Source: a virus | Reading direction: 5' to 3' (one strand) | Length of the DNA stretch: 64,000 nucleotides | IMG/VR virus record: IMGVR_UViG_3300042555_002918 | Span: 32,001-96,000 of that record | In this document: piece by piece, positions 1 through 9,301 of the stretch | Position numbering within the stretch: the stretch's first letter is position 1 | How the letters are laid out: every line of letters begins with the position of its first letter | Notes under the pieces: model-generated | Seen by the model: only the letters and a program-made list of their open reading frames with translations | What the model was told of the DNA's origin: nothing | Database searches by the model: none | Program-made: the position numbers and the translations under genes

Positions 1-113
1 CCTCTCTAAAGGGTGATCATAGGGTTAGCTTTTAAAGAGAACCCACTTACGGCACATATTTAATTATTTCAATCGTATTGTGGGACAGTTACGCGCTTTC
101 AGTCAATTTTCAC

Positions 114-150
114 TTAAGCATTGTTTGAAGGCTGCCGATTGCGGTATAAT
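114..150 (+). promoter_or_regulatory. Early-type promoter region (TGTTTGAAGG motif inside TTAAG-N15-GCCGAT, plus TATAAT)
   Basis: TTAAG 114-118, GCCGAT 134-139, TATAAT 145-150; the motif recurs upstream of many + strand genes. Confidence 0.6.
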
Positions 151-182
151 TGATATCAGAGTTATACCGGGGGTCTACCGAC

Positions 183-503
183 ATGAACTACACCAAAGAA
201 GAAAGACTTCAGATCGCTAGCACAATAATTGAACAGCTTGGAGGTGCGCAGTTTCGGGCCATGACCGGAGCAAAGGACCTAATTGCCCTTGAAACCGGTT
301 TGCAGTTCTCTCTCCCCTCCCGTCTGGCAAAGAACGGGATCAACAAGGTAAGGATTCAACTGACCCCATCGGACACGTACAAAATTGAGTATCTGAGTGT
401 ACGGGGAACAAGCGCAAAGACAGTTACCGTTGATGAGGATATCTACTGCGATGGCTTAAGGGAGAGCTTCTGTGCAGCCACTGGCCTGTATGTAAGTCTC
501 TAA
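183..503 (+). CDS. Conserved hypothetical phage protein
   Basis: ORF (ATG at 183 preferred) with IA.TI..QLGG..F..MTGAK pattern, downstream of the promoter motif. Confidence 0.7.
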   Translation: MNYTKEERLQIASTIIEQLGGAQFRAMTGAKDLIALETGLQFSLPSRLAKNGINKVRIQLTPSDTYKIEYLSVRGTSAKTVTVDEDIYCDGLRESFCAATGLYVSL

Positions 504-522
504 CAAGGGCGTTTGGATACTA

Positions 523-530
523 TATAAATA
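523..530 (+). promoter_or_regulatory. T4-type late promoter
   Basis: Exact TATAAATA 20 nt before ATG 551. Confidence 0.75.
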
Positions 531-550
531 GACGTAGGGGAGATTATTCC

Positions 551-1327
551 ATGTCAGATGCTAGATTTGAGAAACTTCTTGAATACATTCAAGAGCTTAA
601 CATCACAGCCCTTTCAGAGGCTGCCAAGCGTTCGCTTAATCGCGTCAATCAGCATTTGAGTACGCGCAGTGTTGGCTTCATTACGGCTAATCGCCTCAAG
701 AAGCCAGGTTCAGTCGACGGGAAAGAGAGTGAGGTCAGAGTCTCTACTGCTGAGAACCGATCAAATAACAAATCCCTGGAACATGACATTCGTAAGGCCG
801 GGTACAGCTTCATTCGAGTAAAGGGCGGCTATCCCGAGGTCGATAAGGACGGCAAAAAACAAGCTGGCGCGAGTAAGTACGAGCCATCTTACATCGTAGT
901 AGGACCAAAGGGAGACGACGGTGGAAAACTGAAGAGCTTCCTTACCCAACATGGCAGCAAGTATAGCCAGGACGCAGTGCTATATAAGCACCACTCCAGC
1001 CCGCACATCCATTCGATCTCGACATCAGACCGAGATAAAGAGTTCCCAAGAGGACAGGAACAACCACTAGGTGGATTCAAGGCGGGTAAATTTGGGGAAT
1101 ATTTTACGGCCCTTCACGGGGACGCAGACTCATCAAAGCCTCGGGCAGAAATGTCCCCGGAAGAGCGCGAAGCTCACAAGCAGGCTAGTCTTCGAAAAAA
1201 ATCGTTTGTTTTTGAATCTTTTGAGTTTGAGTTCTCGGAGGATGAGGACTCCCCAGTTCCGCGAGAGAGCCTCACCTACTACGCACGACTCAGTGAGCAC
1301 GAGCGCAATAAAAAGACGAAAGACTAG
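551..1327 (+). CDS. Late hypothetical protein, possible internal head protein
   Basis: 258 aa ORF; late promoter; N-terminal LLEYIQE...LSE; GY.FI.V.GGY.E and KYSQDAV motifs. Confidence 0.7.
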   Translation: MSDARFEKLLEYIQELNITALSEAAKRSLNRVNQHLSTRSVGFITANRLKKPGSVDGKESEVRVSTAENRSNNKSLEHDIRKAGYSFIRVKGGYPEVDKDGKKQAGASKYEPSYIVVGPKGDDGGKLKSFLTQHGSKYSQDAVLYKHHSSPHIHSISTSDRDKEFPRGQEQPLGGFKAGKFGEYFTALHGDADSSKPRAEMSPEEREAHKQASLRKKSFVFESFEFEFSEDEDSPVPRESLTYYARLSEHERNKKTKD

Positions 1328-2140
1328 CTAGTTATAAACCGACATAAGGCCACCACGGATCGCATAGATCCGCTGAGTATTATTTGAACTAACAAGCGTG
1401 CCAGGTAAATTGTCAGTCTGCTGCTTCCACATGACTATTCTTGAAACATTAGAGGCAGGAGATACACCATCGCTAAAGATGGTCAGATTCCCAAACGCTC
1501 TATAGGTTGCAGCTATCCTTTCCGGATCATCGAGTGGCGTTACTGTTCTGTCAGCGTCCGTTGGCTTCTTCCAGTAGGACCCCTTTCCTTCCATGGGCTT
1601 TCGACCTGCCCATATTTTCTCAAAATCACCCAGTAACTGCTTGGTGAGCTTACCAGACATGTAAACCATCTTCGATATTAGAGAGTCCGAATCATCCGTG
1701 TCGGAGACTTCAATCTTCTCCTGCAAGACTATCTCACCAAAATCCCACTTATCAGTCATGGTATGTAGGGTCATCCCCGCTGCCTCGGGGTGCCGCAAAA
1801 GAACGTGAGGGGAAGGCCATGGACCTCTCCCCTCAGGGAGCAATGTCCCGTGAACGTTTATACTCTTTAGGCTACCGTCTTGAGGAACAGGGACCTTGTA
1901 ATCATATGCAGCTGAAATGAGCAGGTCGACCCCATCATCTTTCATGCGTGCAATATGTTCTTCAGTGACAGCACCAACGGCGAACTGCGACCTCATTTCT
2001 TTTGCAAACTCGGCGGTTTTAAGACTCCACCCACTATCTAGGTCACAGGATGTAAAGACGTGAGAAACCTCATGGCCAGTATCTCTGATACTTTGATGAA
2101 CGGGAGCGTAAAAGTCTGAGGTGCAAAGTGCTATCTTCAT
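1328..2140 (-). CDS. Formyltransferase (Fmt/ArnA N-terminal-like)
   Basis: INVHGTLLPEGRGPWP and GMTLHTMTDKWDFGEIVLQ match the formyl_trans_N catalytic motifs. Confidence 0.85.
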   Translation of the reverse strand: MKIALCTSDFYAPVHQSIRDTGHEVSHVFTSCDLDSGWSLKTAEFAKEMRSQFAVGAVTEEHIARMKDDGVDLLISAAYDYKVPVPQDGSLKSINVHGTLLPEGRGPWPSPHVLLRHPEAAGMTLHTMTDKWDFGEIVLQEKIEVSDTDDSDSLISKMVYMSGKLTKQLLGDFEKIWAGRKPMEGKGSYWKKPTDADRTVTPLDDPERIAATYRAFGNLTIFSDGVSPASNVSRIVMWKQQTDNLPGTLVSSNNTQRIYAIRGGLMSVYN

Positions 2141-2141
2141 G

Positions 2142-2972
2142 TTAAAATTCGCCTTCTTTCTCTAACTCGTTAACGACTCGCTTTATAAACTCCTTACTTG
2201 CAGCCGGAGATAGGGATGCAGATATCAGGTAGTTCATGGTTTCAATGTAGTACGAGACATCTTCCCCAGTCCACAGGTCCAACTCTCCCTTAAGGACCTC
2301 AATATTCACAGTCCTTTCGTCGTAAAGAATAAAGGAATCCATAATAAAACGATTCAGCACCTTTTGCCACGGAAGAACGCGGATCTCTACTGAAGGCGAT
2401 GTATTGATGATATCAATTAGCCGCTTAAGCTGGTCTATCAAAACAGACCTAGAACCAAAGCATGTCCGAATAGCTCCCTCTCCCAACACAAACGTCAGCG
2501 CAGTTCGCTTACTGTGAAGTATGTTCTGTCTTTTTAATCGGGTCTTTACGAGCCTATTCAGGTTATCCTTTTCGGAGCCTACTAGGTGCTGAAACACAAC
2601 TCGCATGTACTCCTGCGACTGCAGAAGACCGGGGATTATCTGATTGTAGAAAACTCTAATATTCTTGGAGTTTTTTTCCCTGAGTCCAATGTTAATTTGG
2701 TTGTTTGTGACTTGATTTTGACTCAAGGTCCATCTAGCAAACTGCGAATTTACGAAAGCGGAGAGTTCGCGTAGTGCGTACGCCTCAGATGATGAGAGAT
2801 TGAGAGCTGCGATAGTGGCTTCGATGAAATTTTCAGTGGGTCGAAGCAGCCCATTTTCAAACTTTGATACAGCTGCCGCCGATAGACCTGTCTTTTCAGC
2901 TAAGTCCTTTCCTGTAAATCCTCGTAGTTTTCGCAGTGCCTTTATTCTGGCACCTACGCTTTCCCGGTCCAC
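2142..2972 (-). CDS. XRE HTH regulator with DUF5753-type C-terminal domain
   Basis: N-terminal cro/CI HTH (LRKLRGFTGKDLAEKTGLSAAAVSKFENG); IIPGLLQSQEY, RLKRQ and VLGEGA motifs. Confidence 0.85.
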   Translation of the reverse strand: MDRESVGARIKALRKLRGFTGKDLAEKTGLSAAAVSKFENGLLRPTENFIEATIAALNLSSSEAYALRELSAFVNSQFARWTLSQNQVTNNQINIGLREKNSKNIRVFYNQIIPGLLQSQEYMRVVFQHLVGSEKDNLNRLVKTRLKRQNILHSKRTALTFVLGEGAIRTCFGSRSVLIDQLKRLIDIINTSPSVEIRVLPWQKVLNRFIMDSFILYDERTVNIEVLKGELDLWTGEDVSYYIETMNYLISASLSPAASKEFIKRVVNELEKEGEF

Positions 2973-2982
2973 TTTTACCTGA

Positions 2983-3654
2983 CTACAGTTCTATACCAGT
3001 GTGGGTTTTATAAAATTCCCTAAATGGCACTCCAATGCCCCAGAGCTTTTGATCGACACTTGAATAGTACGCCACCGCTTTTAGATCTGTTGTAATACGA
3101 GCTTGGTAGAGCGCACCTGTAGGATCGTAGTCGTTAACCACGACAGTTGAGCCGTCAAGGAACCAGAAATCCTCTTGAGTAATCTTTAAGAGCTCAGGAG
3201 AAAGATTGACCCTGTCCAACAGTCGAATATCTTCCCCAGCTAAACCTGTATCTTTGTAACAACACTCTATTTCAAACTTCATGTATTCGCTGAGCGGAAG
3301 GTCAACAATGTGAACTCTTCGCATGGACCGACCCGCGTCTACGTGCCCCTTTACTAGACTGCACCAGTCGGCCATGAATGATGGATCTGGACGTGTTCCT
3401 CTTCGGTACTGATTGAATGGTGAGGACTCCGATGGTTCAGCATAAGCTTGAAGAGTCTCAAGTCGGTAAGCCGACTGCTTGAACGACTGGAACATTGCAC
3501 TCCACTCGTCGCCTATTGGGATAGTGCGCCATGATACCTGTGGAATAGCTGTTCCTTGCTCTCTCTGTGTCTGCATCATGGTTGATATCTCATTATTCAA
3601 ATAGAGCGAATAACCAAGGGGCGCATATTTCAGCGCCCCTTGGTAACTTGTCAA
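2983..3654 (-). CDS. DUF6879-like protein (true start may be near 3579)
   Basis: SAYRLETLQAY, MRRVHIVDLPLSEYMKFE, AGEDIR and DFWFLDG motifs. Confidence 0.75.
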   Translation of the reverse strand: MTSYQGALKYAPLGYSLYLNNEISTMMQTQREQGTAIPQVSWRTIPIGDEWSAMFQSFKQSAYRLETLQAYAEPSESSPFNQYRRGTRPDPSFMADWCSLVKGHVDAGRSMRRVHIVDLPLSEYMKFEIECCYKDTGLAGEDIRLLDRVNLSPELLKITQEDFWFLDGSTVVVNDYDPTGALYQARITTDLKAVAYYSSVDQKLWGIGVPFREFYKTHTGIEL

Positions 3655-3657
3655 AAC

Positions 3658-3873
3658 TTACTTCGAATCTTTCGCGTAAGCCTTGAGCTGCGTCCAAAAG
3701 CTTGCTGGCACTCGAACTAGGTCCTCATGCCCTGGACACTTGGTCTCTTCGCGAACGCCTGTTTCCACCTTGTATCCCTGGAAGAAAAAATCTCCAGTCT
3801 CTTCATCCACCCAGAAAGCAGGTGAACCGGCGCCGCCGCTTTGATCCCAATGAACAAGTTCCTTAAGCTTCAT
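3658..3873 (-). CDS. Small protein of the type found upstream of DUF6879/XRE modules
   Basis: 71 aa, S..G.SPA....G...QGYKV...P.HE..V.VP pattern; GGGG SD before ATG. Confidence 0.7.
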   Translation of the reverse strand: MKLKELVHWDQSGGAGSPAFWVDEETGDFFFQGYKVETGVREETKCPGHEDLVRVPASFWTQLKAYAKDSK

Positions 3874-4040
3874 ATATCATCCCCTTAACAAAATGGGTTT
3901 GCTAGACAGGATGAAATACTACCAAGATTTCAGAAACTATCTAGCGGAATATGTCTTTAGTCTCATGATCGTTAATACATTAAGACACCTAGGTATTCAA
4001 TACCTGATTAACCGGTTCGGTTAATTTCTGCTTGTAGGTC

Positions 4041-4682
4041 ATGCGGCTCAGTGTTAATGGTGTACTCGAAGTTAAAAAGCGGTTCGATCTGTTACGTCTA
4101 AACGAGTACAAGGAGCCTATGAAGAGAGCATTTGAGATCCACTTCTTTAATACTAAAAGCGGCTACGAGCTTGCAGAGACCAAATTTACCTCTTTTAGTG
4201 GGGAGCCCTTGCGTTGCATTAGGGGCAAGACGCCTGGGGCGTTTCGAGGAGCAGGAAGCTTTCAATGGACTTCAGCGGTTCGAGCAATTTCATCCCTGTT
4301 CATTAGGCACCTAATTTCACAGCAGATCCAGTCAGTTGAGAATCAGATATCAGGCGGACACTCCTCCCTGGCTTCATCGCTCGACTATGCCCTTTCAAAG
4401 GCCCCACGATGGCTTTGTGAAATGTTTGGTACCTACCAAAACGGACAAATAACAGCCAAAAGACTCTTTCTGGTTACCAATCCGAATCAGAAGCGACCAG
4501 GCCCAGTCACTATCGCCATAAACGACTCTGCAATAGCTCCCGGAGATGTAAGGGTTATGATAAACGGACGAGAGGCATATGACCTGAACGCTCTTCTTAC
4601 CCTTCTGAATGACGTTGAGCGAATGGATCAGGAGCTTCCAGAGGAGAAGGCCTGTGAGGCCGCTTCAATTGAAGTTGCCTAG
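4041..4682 (+). CDS. Hypothetical protein divergent from the cassette
   Basis: 213 aa ORF, no recognised motif. Confidence 0.6.
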   Translation: MRLSVNGVLEVKKRFDLLRLNEYKEPMKRAFEIHFFNTKSGYELAETKFTSFSGEPLRCIRGKTPGAFRGAGSFQWTSAVRAISSLFIRHLISQQIQSVENQISGGHSSLASSLDYALSKAPRWLCEMFGTYQNGQITAKRLFLVTNPNQKRPGPVTIAINDSAIAPGDVRVMINGREAYDLNALLTLLNDVERMDQELPEEKACEAASIEVA

Positions 4683-4775
4683 GCTGCAGCTGCGGGGAAG
4701 ACGTCGACCTATTTGAAACCGAACCCTAAATACATGGCACCCACCACCAACGTTTAGGTCATTTGGTTAAAGGTT

Positions 4776-5039
4776 ATGACTCTTTCACACTCACGTACTG
4801 AGGTTATCGCGTATCGTGCCGATGATCTTCCCCGACTGGCCGACAATGAGCTTAAAGAAGCTCTTACCGCACGCCCTCACTATGCCCTTACGTCTCTTAT
4901 GGGCGATAAGGACTCTCGCAAAAGAACATTCTGCCCTAGCCTTCAGGTGCCATCAATAAAAGTAACCGAGGCTCTTAAGGAGCGAGTTCGCAACGCTTTC
5001 GTAAAAGCAGGCTGTCCAGTCCTGTTTACTTGGATCTAA
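4776..5039 (+). CDS. Hypothetical protein
   Basis: 87 aa ORF; AAGG SD; CTAAATA at 4726-4732. Confidence 0.55.
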   Translation: MTLSHSRTEVIAYRADDLPRLADNELKEALTARPHYALTSLMGDKDSRKRTFCPSLQVPSIKVTEALKERVRNAFVKAGCPVLFTWI

Positions 5040-5123
5040 GCCGCACACGCCCTAACTGCCTGTTACCAGGCTTCAAACAATCAAAAAAAGGGTTTGAAGG
5101 CGGACTGTTAAACAGGTTACAAT

Positions 5124-5561
5124 ATGGGCATGACAAACACATACTGCCCAAAAACAGAGCTCGATCAATTCATCGAAACCCTCTCAAACGCAGGCGACGT
5201 AACCCTCGTGGGACTGTCCGATTTTGGATATGCCTATGTGACTCCTATCTCAGTCAAAGAGGTCACTCGGTGCAGCTATGCTCAGTATGACGAAGCGGTA
5301 AAGGTGACATTTAGACAGAAGCGAAAGCGAAGTGATTCGTACGACTATTACTACGCAAGTCACAGCTTCTCGAAGCTCCCGGCAATCATAAAAGGACACC
5401 CGAGCCTCAAAGCAGAAATTCAGTTTAATGAGCCTAAGCAGGTCGCTGGTGGGATTGCTGCGGTCTCGCAAGCCAAGTATCGCTCAAGCGATCCACGAAA
5501 CGTCACGGACATCCTGGACGGGGTAAGGGATGCTGTAATTTTTAAGCCTTCCAGGTTTTAA
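5124..5561 (+). CDS. Hypothetical early protein (start 5124 or 5130)
   Basis: Follows TTTGAAGGCGGAC (5093) and TACAAT (5118-5123). Confidence 0.65.
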   Translation: MGMTNTYCPKTELDQFIETLSNAGDVTLVGLSDFGYAYVTPISVKEVTRCSYAQYDEAVKVTFRQKRKRSDSYDYYYASHSFSKLPAIIKGHPSLKAEIQFNEPKQVAGGIAAVSQAKYRSSDPRNVTDILDGVRDAVIFKPSRF

Positions 5562-5572
5562 CGGGGTGAGCC

Positions 5573-5776
5573 ATGAACCGATTTCGGGCCTATGAGATAT
5601 ATCAGCAGTACCTATCGTCATCCAAGTATCAGCCTTCCATATACGATTTTATGAACGAAGCCGAGATTCTATATGTCAATCGGGTCTGGGCGGATATGCC
5701 AACTTCGACCTCATTTTTTGATGCGTTTCTGTCAGTAGTAGAAGGCAACATACCCGCCGAGATAGGGAGCAGGTAA
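5573..5776 (+). CDS. Hypothetical protein
   Basis: 67 aa ORF with GGGGTG SD. Confidence 0.55.
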   Translation: MNRFRAYEIYQQYLSSSKYQPSIYDFMNEAEILYVNRVWADMPTSTSFFDAFLSVVEGNIPAEIGSR

Positions 5777-5782
5777 AGCAAG

Positions 5783-5876
5783 AAGGGGAAAGAGAGAGGA
5801 GCCGAGCGCTGGTTGGGTCTGGGATGTGTGTTGCTTGTGAAGATGCGACATCTCCACACTCCCCCCTCTTTCCCTT
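5783..5876. terminator. Long imperfect inverted repeat between convergent genes
   Basis: Purine run AAGGGGAAAGAGAGAGGAG opposite CTCCCCCCTCTTTCCCTT. Confidence 0.4.
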
Positions 5877-5888
5877 GGATAAGGCTAC

Positions 5889-6392
5889 TTACAATTGATA
5901 CCTGAAGAAATCCCCTAAATCACGTCTATCAAAAATAGCCAGAGGAGCGCGTGTGATACCGTCTTTCTCCTCACTTATAACGATCCAAAACGGGCTTACC
6001 TTGAAGTTAAACCGTTTAAGCTTATGAGACTCTTCCCATGTCGCCTGCTCCTCAATGATGTCGTGTTGGGAGTAGAGGATTGTGTATTTTTCAACGTAGA
6101 CATGCCCGAAGTTCAGCACTAATTCCAGGAGCTCTTCCCTCTTTTCATCCAGCCAATGATCAAGCGCTGACACAACCCTTACGATAGTATCTTGGTCCGC
6201 CACCCTGTTGTGCCATAGATAGGTCGCGACTAGTTGCTGACCGTCCTTCCATGAGGCCAGATCTCGTCGCATCACAATATTCTGAGCCATTGCTCCTTGT
6301 TTACAGTACTCAACGAGAACAAAAGGGTTGGTCGTATTTCCTGCTTCTATCCCGGTTATAAGCGTATCTATGAACATATCTCCCTCTGGCAT
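5889..6392 (-). CDS. Hypothetical protein
   Basis: 167 aa ORF. Confidence 0.6.
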   Translation of the reverse strand: MPEGDMFIDTLITGIEAGNTTNPFVLVEYCKQGAMAQNIVMRRDLASWKDGQQLVATYLWHNRVADQDTIVRVVSALDHWLDEKREELLELVLNFGHVYVEKYTILYSQHDIIEEQATWEESHKLKRFNFKVSPFWIVISEEKDGITRAPLAIFDRRDLGDFFRYQL

Positions 6393-6566
6393 TTATATGC
6401 TTAACCCGACAGCAGCTGCCGTCGATGGGATATCTTTCTCACACTTTTATTGACGTTTTAACAGGCAAAGTGAATGGTTGAAAACTCATCCGGGTTCTCT
6501 TATTCGGGATGTGTTTCAGAATCAGGTAGCAACCTTGAATCCGGAGAGAAGTGCAATTTGGCCCCT

Positions 6567-6797
6567 TTAGGCGGACTCGGGCACCATCTTCTTGAATTTC
6601 GCCAAGAGGGGCTTTTGCTCAACAACTGTGTCTTTTGAAAACGTAACCGAATCCCCGGTAATTGTAAGTGTAATGGAGAATGAATCGCGCCTGTAAACGT
6701 TGCACAGTAGTCTTCCCAGCATGATTGCTCGGGTCATAGTGGAGCAGAAGCTCTTCGTGTCCCCAACCTGCACAATAAAGCCAACATGTTTAGTCAT
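6567..6797 (-). CDS. Hypothetical protein
   Basis: ATG 6797 downstream of a - strand GTTTGAAGGCGG motif at about 6841-6852. Confidence 0.5.
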   Translation of the reverse strand: MTKHVGFIVQVGDTKSFCSTMTRAIMLGRLLCNVYRRDSFSITLTITGDSVTFSKDTVVEQKPLLAKFKKMVPESA

Positions 6798-6954
6798 ACA
6801 TACCCACGTTCGTGTGAGATGGCTATTATCACAGGAAGTTCCGCCTTCAAACACAATTCTTAACCTTCCTTGAGCGTCGATTCAGAACACTTTTTAGGAG
6901 TTTGAAAACGCAAGCGGATTCAACAGCTTGTTCGAAGGCTGACGCTTTAAGGGT

Positions 6955-7707
6955 TTAGGCTTTGAAAGCACCGCGCCGCCGAAGGTGGTCGATTGCAAGC
7001 TTTCGTACATCTTCGTCCTCATCGTGAAGGCCTTTTTCGATGTGTCCAATGTGAACCTTGGGATGCTCCATTGCCGCGAACCTCACGAAGCTACTGTCAT
7101 CGTTAAGCGCCTGGTCAATGTGCCCTTCGTGGGAGTTAGGATGTCGAATTGCGTCCTCTCTTACGGACTCGTCCTCATGACGAAGCCCCTTAGAGATATT
7201 GTCATGGGTTGCGTTTGGATGCTCCATAGCGGCATTTGCTACCATTGAGTCTTTATCATCAAGGGCTTTGTCGATGTGATGAGGTTGAGCATTAGGATGA
7301 GAGACGGCCTTTAACCTTACCCAGTAGTCATTATCATTCAAAGCATGGTCGATATGATGATGCTGCACGTTAGGATGCTGAATTGCATTTGCTCTTACGT
7401 CAGAATCAGGATGCCTGAGTTTGTTGAAGATTGGGTCTCCTCCTTGGTCAGCATGGAAATGCCCACCGGCTCCCTTTAATTTCTCATACGCAGCATTTAC
7501 ATGCTTCATTGCTTCAGGACTTCCACCTAGGTCAGGATGATGTCGTTTTGATGCTGCCCGGAAGGCAGTCTTCAATTCATCCTCGGAGTGATCAGGTTCC
7601 AGACCAAGGACAGACCTTGCCTCATCGTGGCTCATACTCTCAACGAGGGAACGGAAATCCTTATCTATTTGCTCTTGTATTAAATCTTGAAGCGTCTTCT
7701 TGGACAT
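6955..7707 (-). CDS. Leader-bearing J-domain plus HEAT-like repeat protein
   Basis: MSKKTLQDLIQE leader; J-domain (ARSVLGL...HHPDLGG...VNAAYEKL); about 5 HPN/D..VR repeats; TATAAATA at 7754-7761. Confidence 0.85.
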   Translation of the reverse strand: MSKKTLQDLIQEQIDKDFRSLVESMSHDEARSVLGLEPDHSEDELKTAFRAASKRHHPDLGGSPEAMKHVNAAYEKLKGAGGHFHADQGGDPIFNKLRHPDSDVRANAIQHPNVQHHHIDHALNDNDYWVRLKAVSHPNAQPHHIDKALDDKDSMVANAAMEHPNATHDNISKGLRHEDESVREDAIRHPNSHEGHIDQALNDDSSFVRFAAMEHPKVHIGHIEKGLHDEDEDVRKLAIDHLRRRGAFKA

Positions 7708-7784
7708 ATGCGAGTAGCGTTCAATAGAGAGACCTTTCTGGTCGTAACGAGTCTATTTATAGAAGTGCCGCCTCGCTCCCCGGA

Positions 7785-8033
7785 TCAATTCCCCGTGGTA
7801 CCATCAAATCGTTTTCGTAGGAGATCAAAAGCACCGTTAATTGTAGCCCAAGCCAGCCGGTTACCTCCAAGATTAGGATGATGTTTTGACACAAGTGCCC
7901 GGTACGCCACGTGCAGGTCCCATTCGGTGTACTTTCGGGGAAGTCCCAAGACCCTTCTCGCCTGACGTTCTACGTAGGCCATGTGAAGTGTCCTTATCGG
8001 GTGTGTAATGATGGATATAACCTTTGATCTCAC
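7785..8033 (-). CDS. Small J-domain protein with HPN instead of HPD
   Basis: ARRVLGL...AYRALVSKHHPNLGG...INGAFDLL. Confidence 0.7.
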   Translation of the reverse strand: MRSKVISIITHPIRTLHMAYVERQARRVLGLPRKYTEWDLHVAYRALVSKHHPNLGGNRLAWATINGAFDLLRKRFDGTTGN

Positions 8034-8067
8034 TCATGCCTCGTGCATCTGACTAGAGTAAACAAAG

Positions 8068-8143
8068 CGGGCGCATCCGACTCGAACGGATTCGACGCGA
8101 GGAGCCTTAAGAGCCATTAGGTCCACTCCCCAACAAGCGCCCA
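8068..8143 (-). ncRNA. tRNA-like RNA with non-canonical anticodon arm
   Basis: Acceptor TGGGCGC/GCGCCCG; T arm ATCCG-TTCGAGT-CGGAT; D-like arm; anticodon arm does not fold canonically. Confidence 0.55.
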
Positions 8144-8257
8144 ATGAAACCTTTCCGGGAAAAAAGGCTTAGCTCAAGCACTCACGGGTACTACTGCGGT
8201 CGCGCTGGTCGGCTTATTGAGGGCTGGCTACCTCCCTGCCCCGACACCCATTATCCT

Positions 8258-8292
8258 ACGGTACTAGAGTGAGTGATGCGGCGAGCATTACC
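8258..8292 (-). promoter_or_regulatory. GGTAATGC-N21-TACCGT promoter
   Basis: Member of a motif class with fixed 21-nt spacing. Confidence 0.65.
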
Positions 8293-8581
8293 CTCTCAAA
8301 GGTTCTTTTTTCGATTCGTTGAAATGAGTAGCTGTAATATCAGCAAGAGCCCCATCTAATGTCAGAAATTCACCTAGGCATCTGGTGATAAATTGTGAGC
8401 TGGTTTTGTAAATCTGAACCAGAGCTAGGAAGCGAACATGCTCGCCAGTTTCAGCGGAGGTAATGTAGAAAATTGATCCTACCTGCTTCCCTCTGTAATG
8501 AACCTGTCTACCGTGGGCAGTCTCCGGCCCTAATTCGTAATCGGTATTTGCGATGATAACCTTGTCTGTCTGAGCGGCCAT
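8288..8581 (-). CDS. Late hypothetical protein
   Basis: GATAAATA at 8589-8596, 7 nt before ATG. Confidence 0.65.
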   Translation of the reverse strand: MAAQTDKVIIANTDYELGPETAHGRQVHYRGKQVGSIFYITSAETGEHVRFLALVQIYKTSSQFITRCLGEFLTLDGALADITATHFNESKKEPLRG

Positions 8582-8682
8582 AGCCAGGTATTTATCTTAA
8601 TAAAAGATAAATTTCGTGCGCAATTTGCGTATTTTTCATTGGAACGCTAAAGTGACGTTTGAAGGCGGACGATGGTCTTAGT

Positions 8683-8886
8683 ATGAGACGAAAATATACC
8701 ATCAAAACTATTACATCAGACGGCCAAGAGACAACCCAGACTTTTACCTCCAAACGAGAGGCAAAGCTCTATTGCCAGCAGACCGGACTTCGCCCGGAGC
8801 GCCTGGACGTCGAGATTACAGTCCAAGGTGGTGGAGCTATACAGTCTGAGAGGTTTGTGAAGGAGGCTCGGTCTTATGACGCATAA
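8683..8886 (+). CDS. Hypothetical early protein
   Basis: ATG after TAAAG-N15-GACGAT and the TTTGAAGGCGGAC motif. Confidence 0.6.
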   Translation: MRRKYTIKTITSDGQETTQTFTSKREAKLYCQQTGLRPERLDVEITVQGGGAIQSERFVKEARSYDA

Positions 8887-9082
8887 AAAGCCTAAGTCCC
8901 TCTGGGGCCTAAAACGTATTTCAGGGCTATGGGAGCACATTCGCGACGTTTCTCCAGAGACCGAAGCTCAGTGGCTGAAAACCTTTCAAGAGGATGAGGA
9001 CTACAAAGGAGCTAAGCGAGATTATATAGAATTTAAGGTTTCAAGCTTGCGGCCCAGGTACCAGTCAATCTTGTCTAACTAG
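8876..9082 (+). CDS. Hypothetical protein
   Basis: AGGAGG SD; overlaps the previous ORF. Confidence 0.6.
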   Translation: MTHKKPKSLWGLKRISGLWEHIRDVSPETEAQWLKTFQEDEDYKGAKRDYIEFKVSSLRPRYQSILSN

Positions 9083-9091
9083 ACACGGAGG

Positions 9092-9301
9092 ATGAATATG
9101 ACTAACCGACTCACGTTGAAAGAAGCAGCCCAAAAGTCAATTCAAACCAGCGACCTGGTAATGTTTTCCAAGGTAGTCGACCAGCTACGGTCTATGGGCT
9201 TTAACTACGAAGACACCCAAGCCTTCTTTTTTAAGACGACAGGGATCGATGCCAATACCTTTGAAGACCTGTGCTATGAGTCGGACAGGCAATCTCTCTA
9301 G
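9092..9301 (+). CDS. Hypothetical protein
   Basis: GGAGG SD; 69 aa. Confidence 0.6.
   Translation: MNMTNRLTLKEAAQKSIQTSDLVMFSKVVDQLRSMGFNYEDTQAFFFKTTGIDANTFEDLCYESDRQSL

Noticed and set aside
8068-8143. Functional ochre-suppressor or Lys tRNA
   Set aside because: The TTA-centred loop has only a 3-bp stem and lacks U33, and the CTT-centred loop has no stem. TAA is used as an ordinary stop throughout the window.
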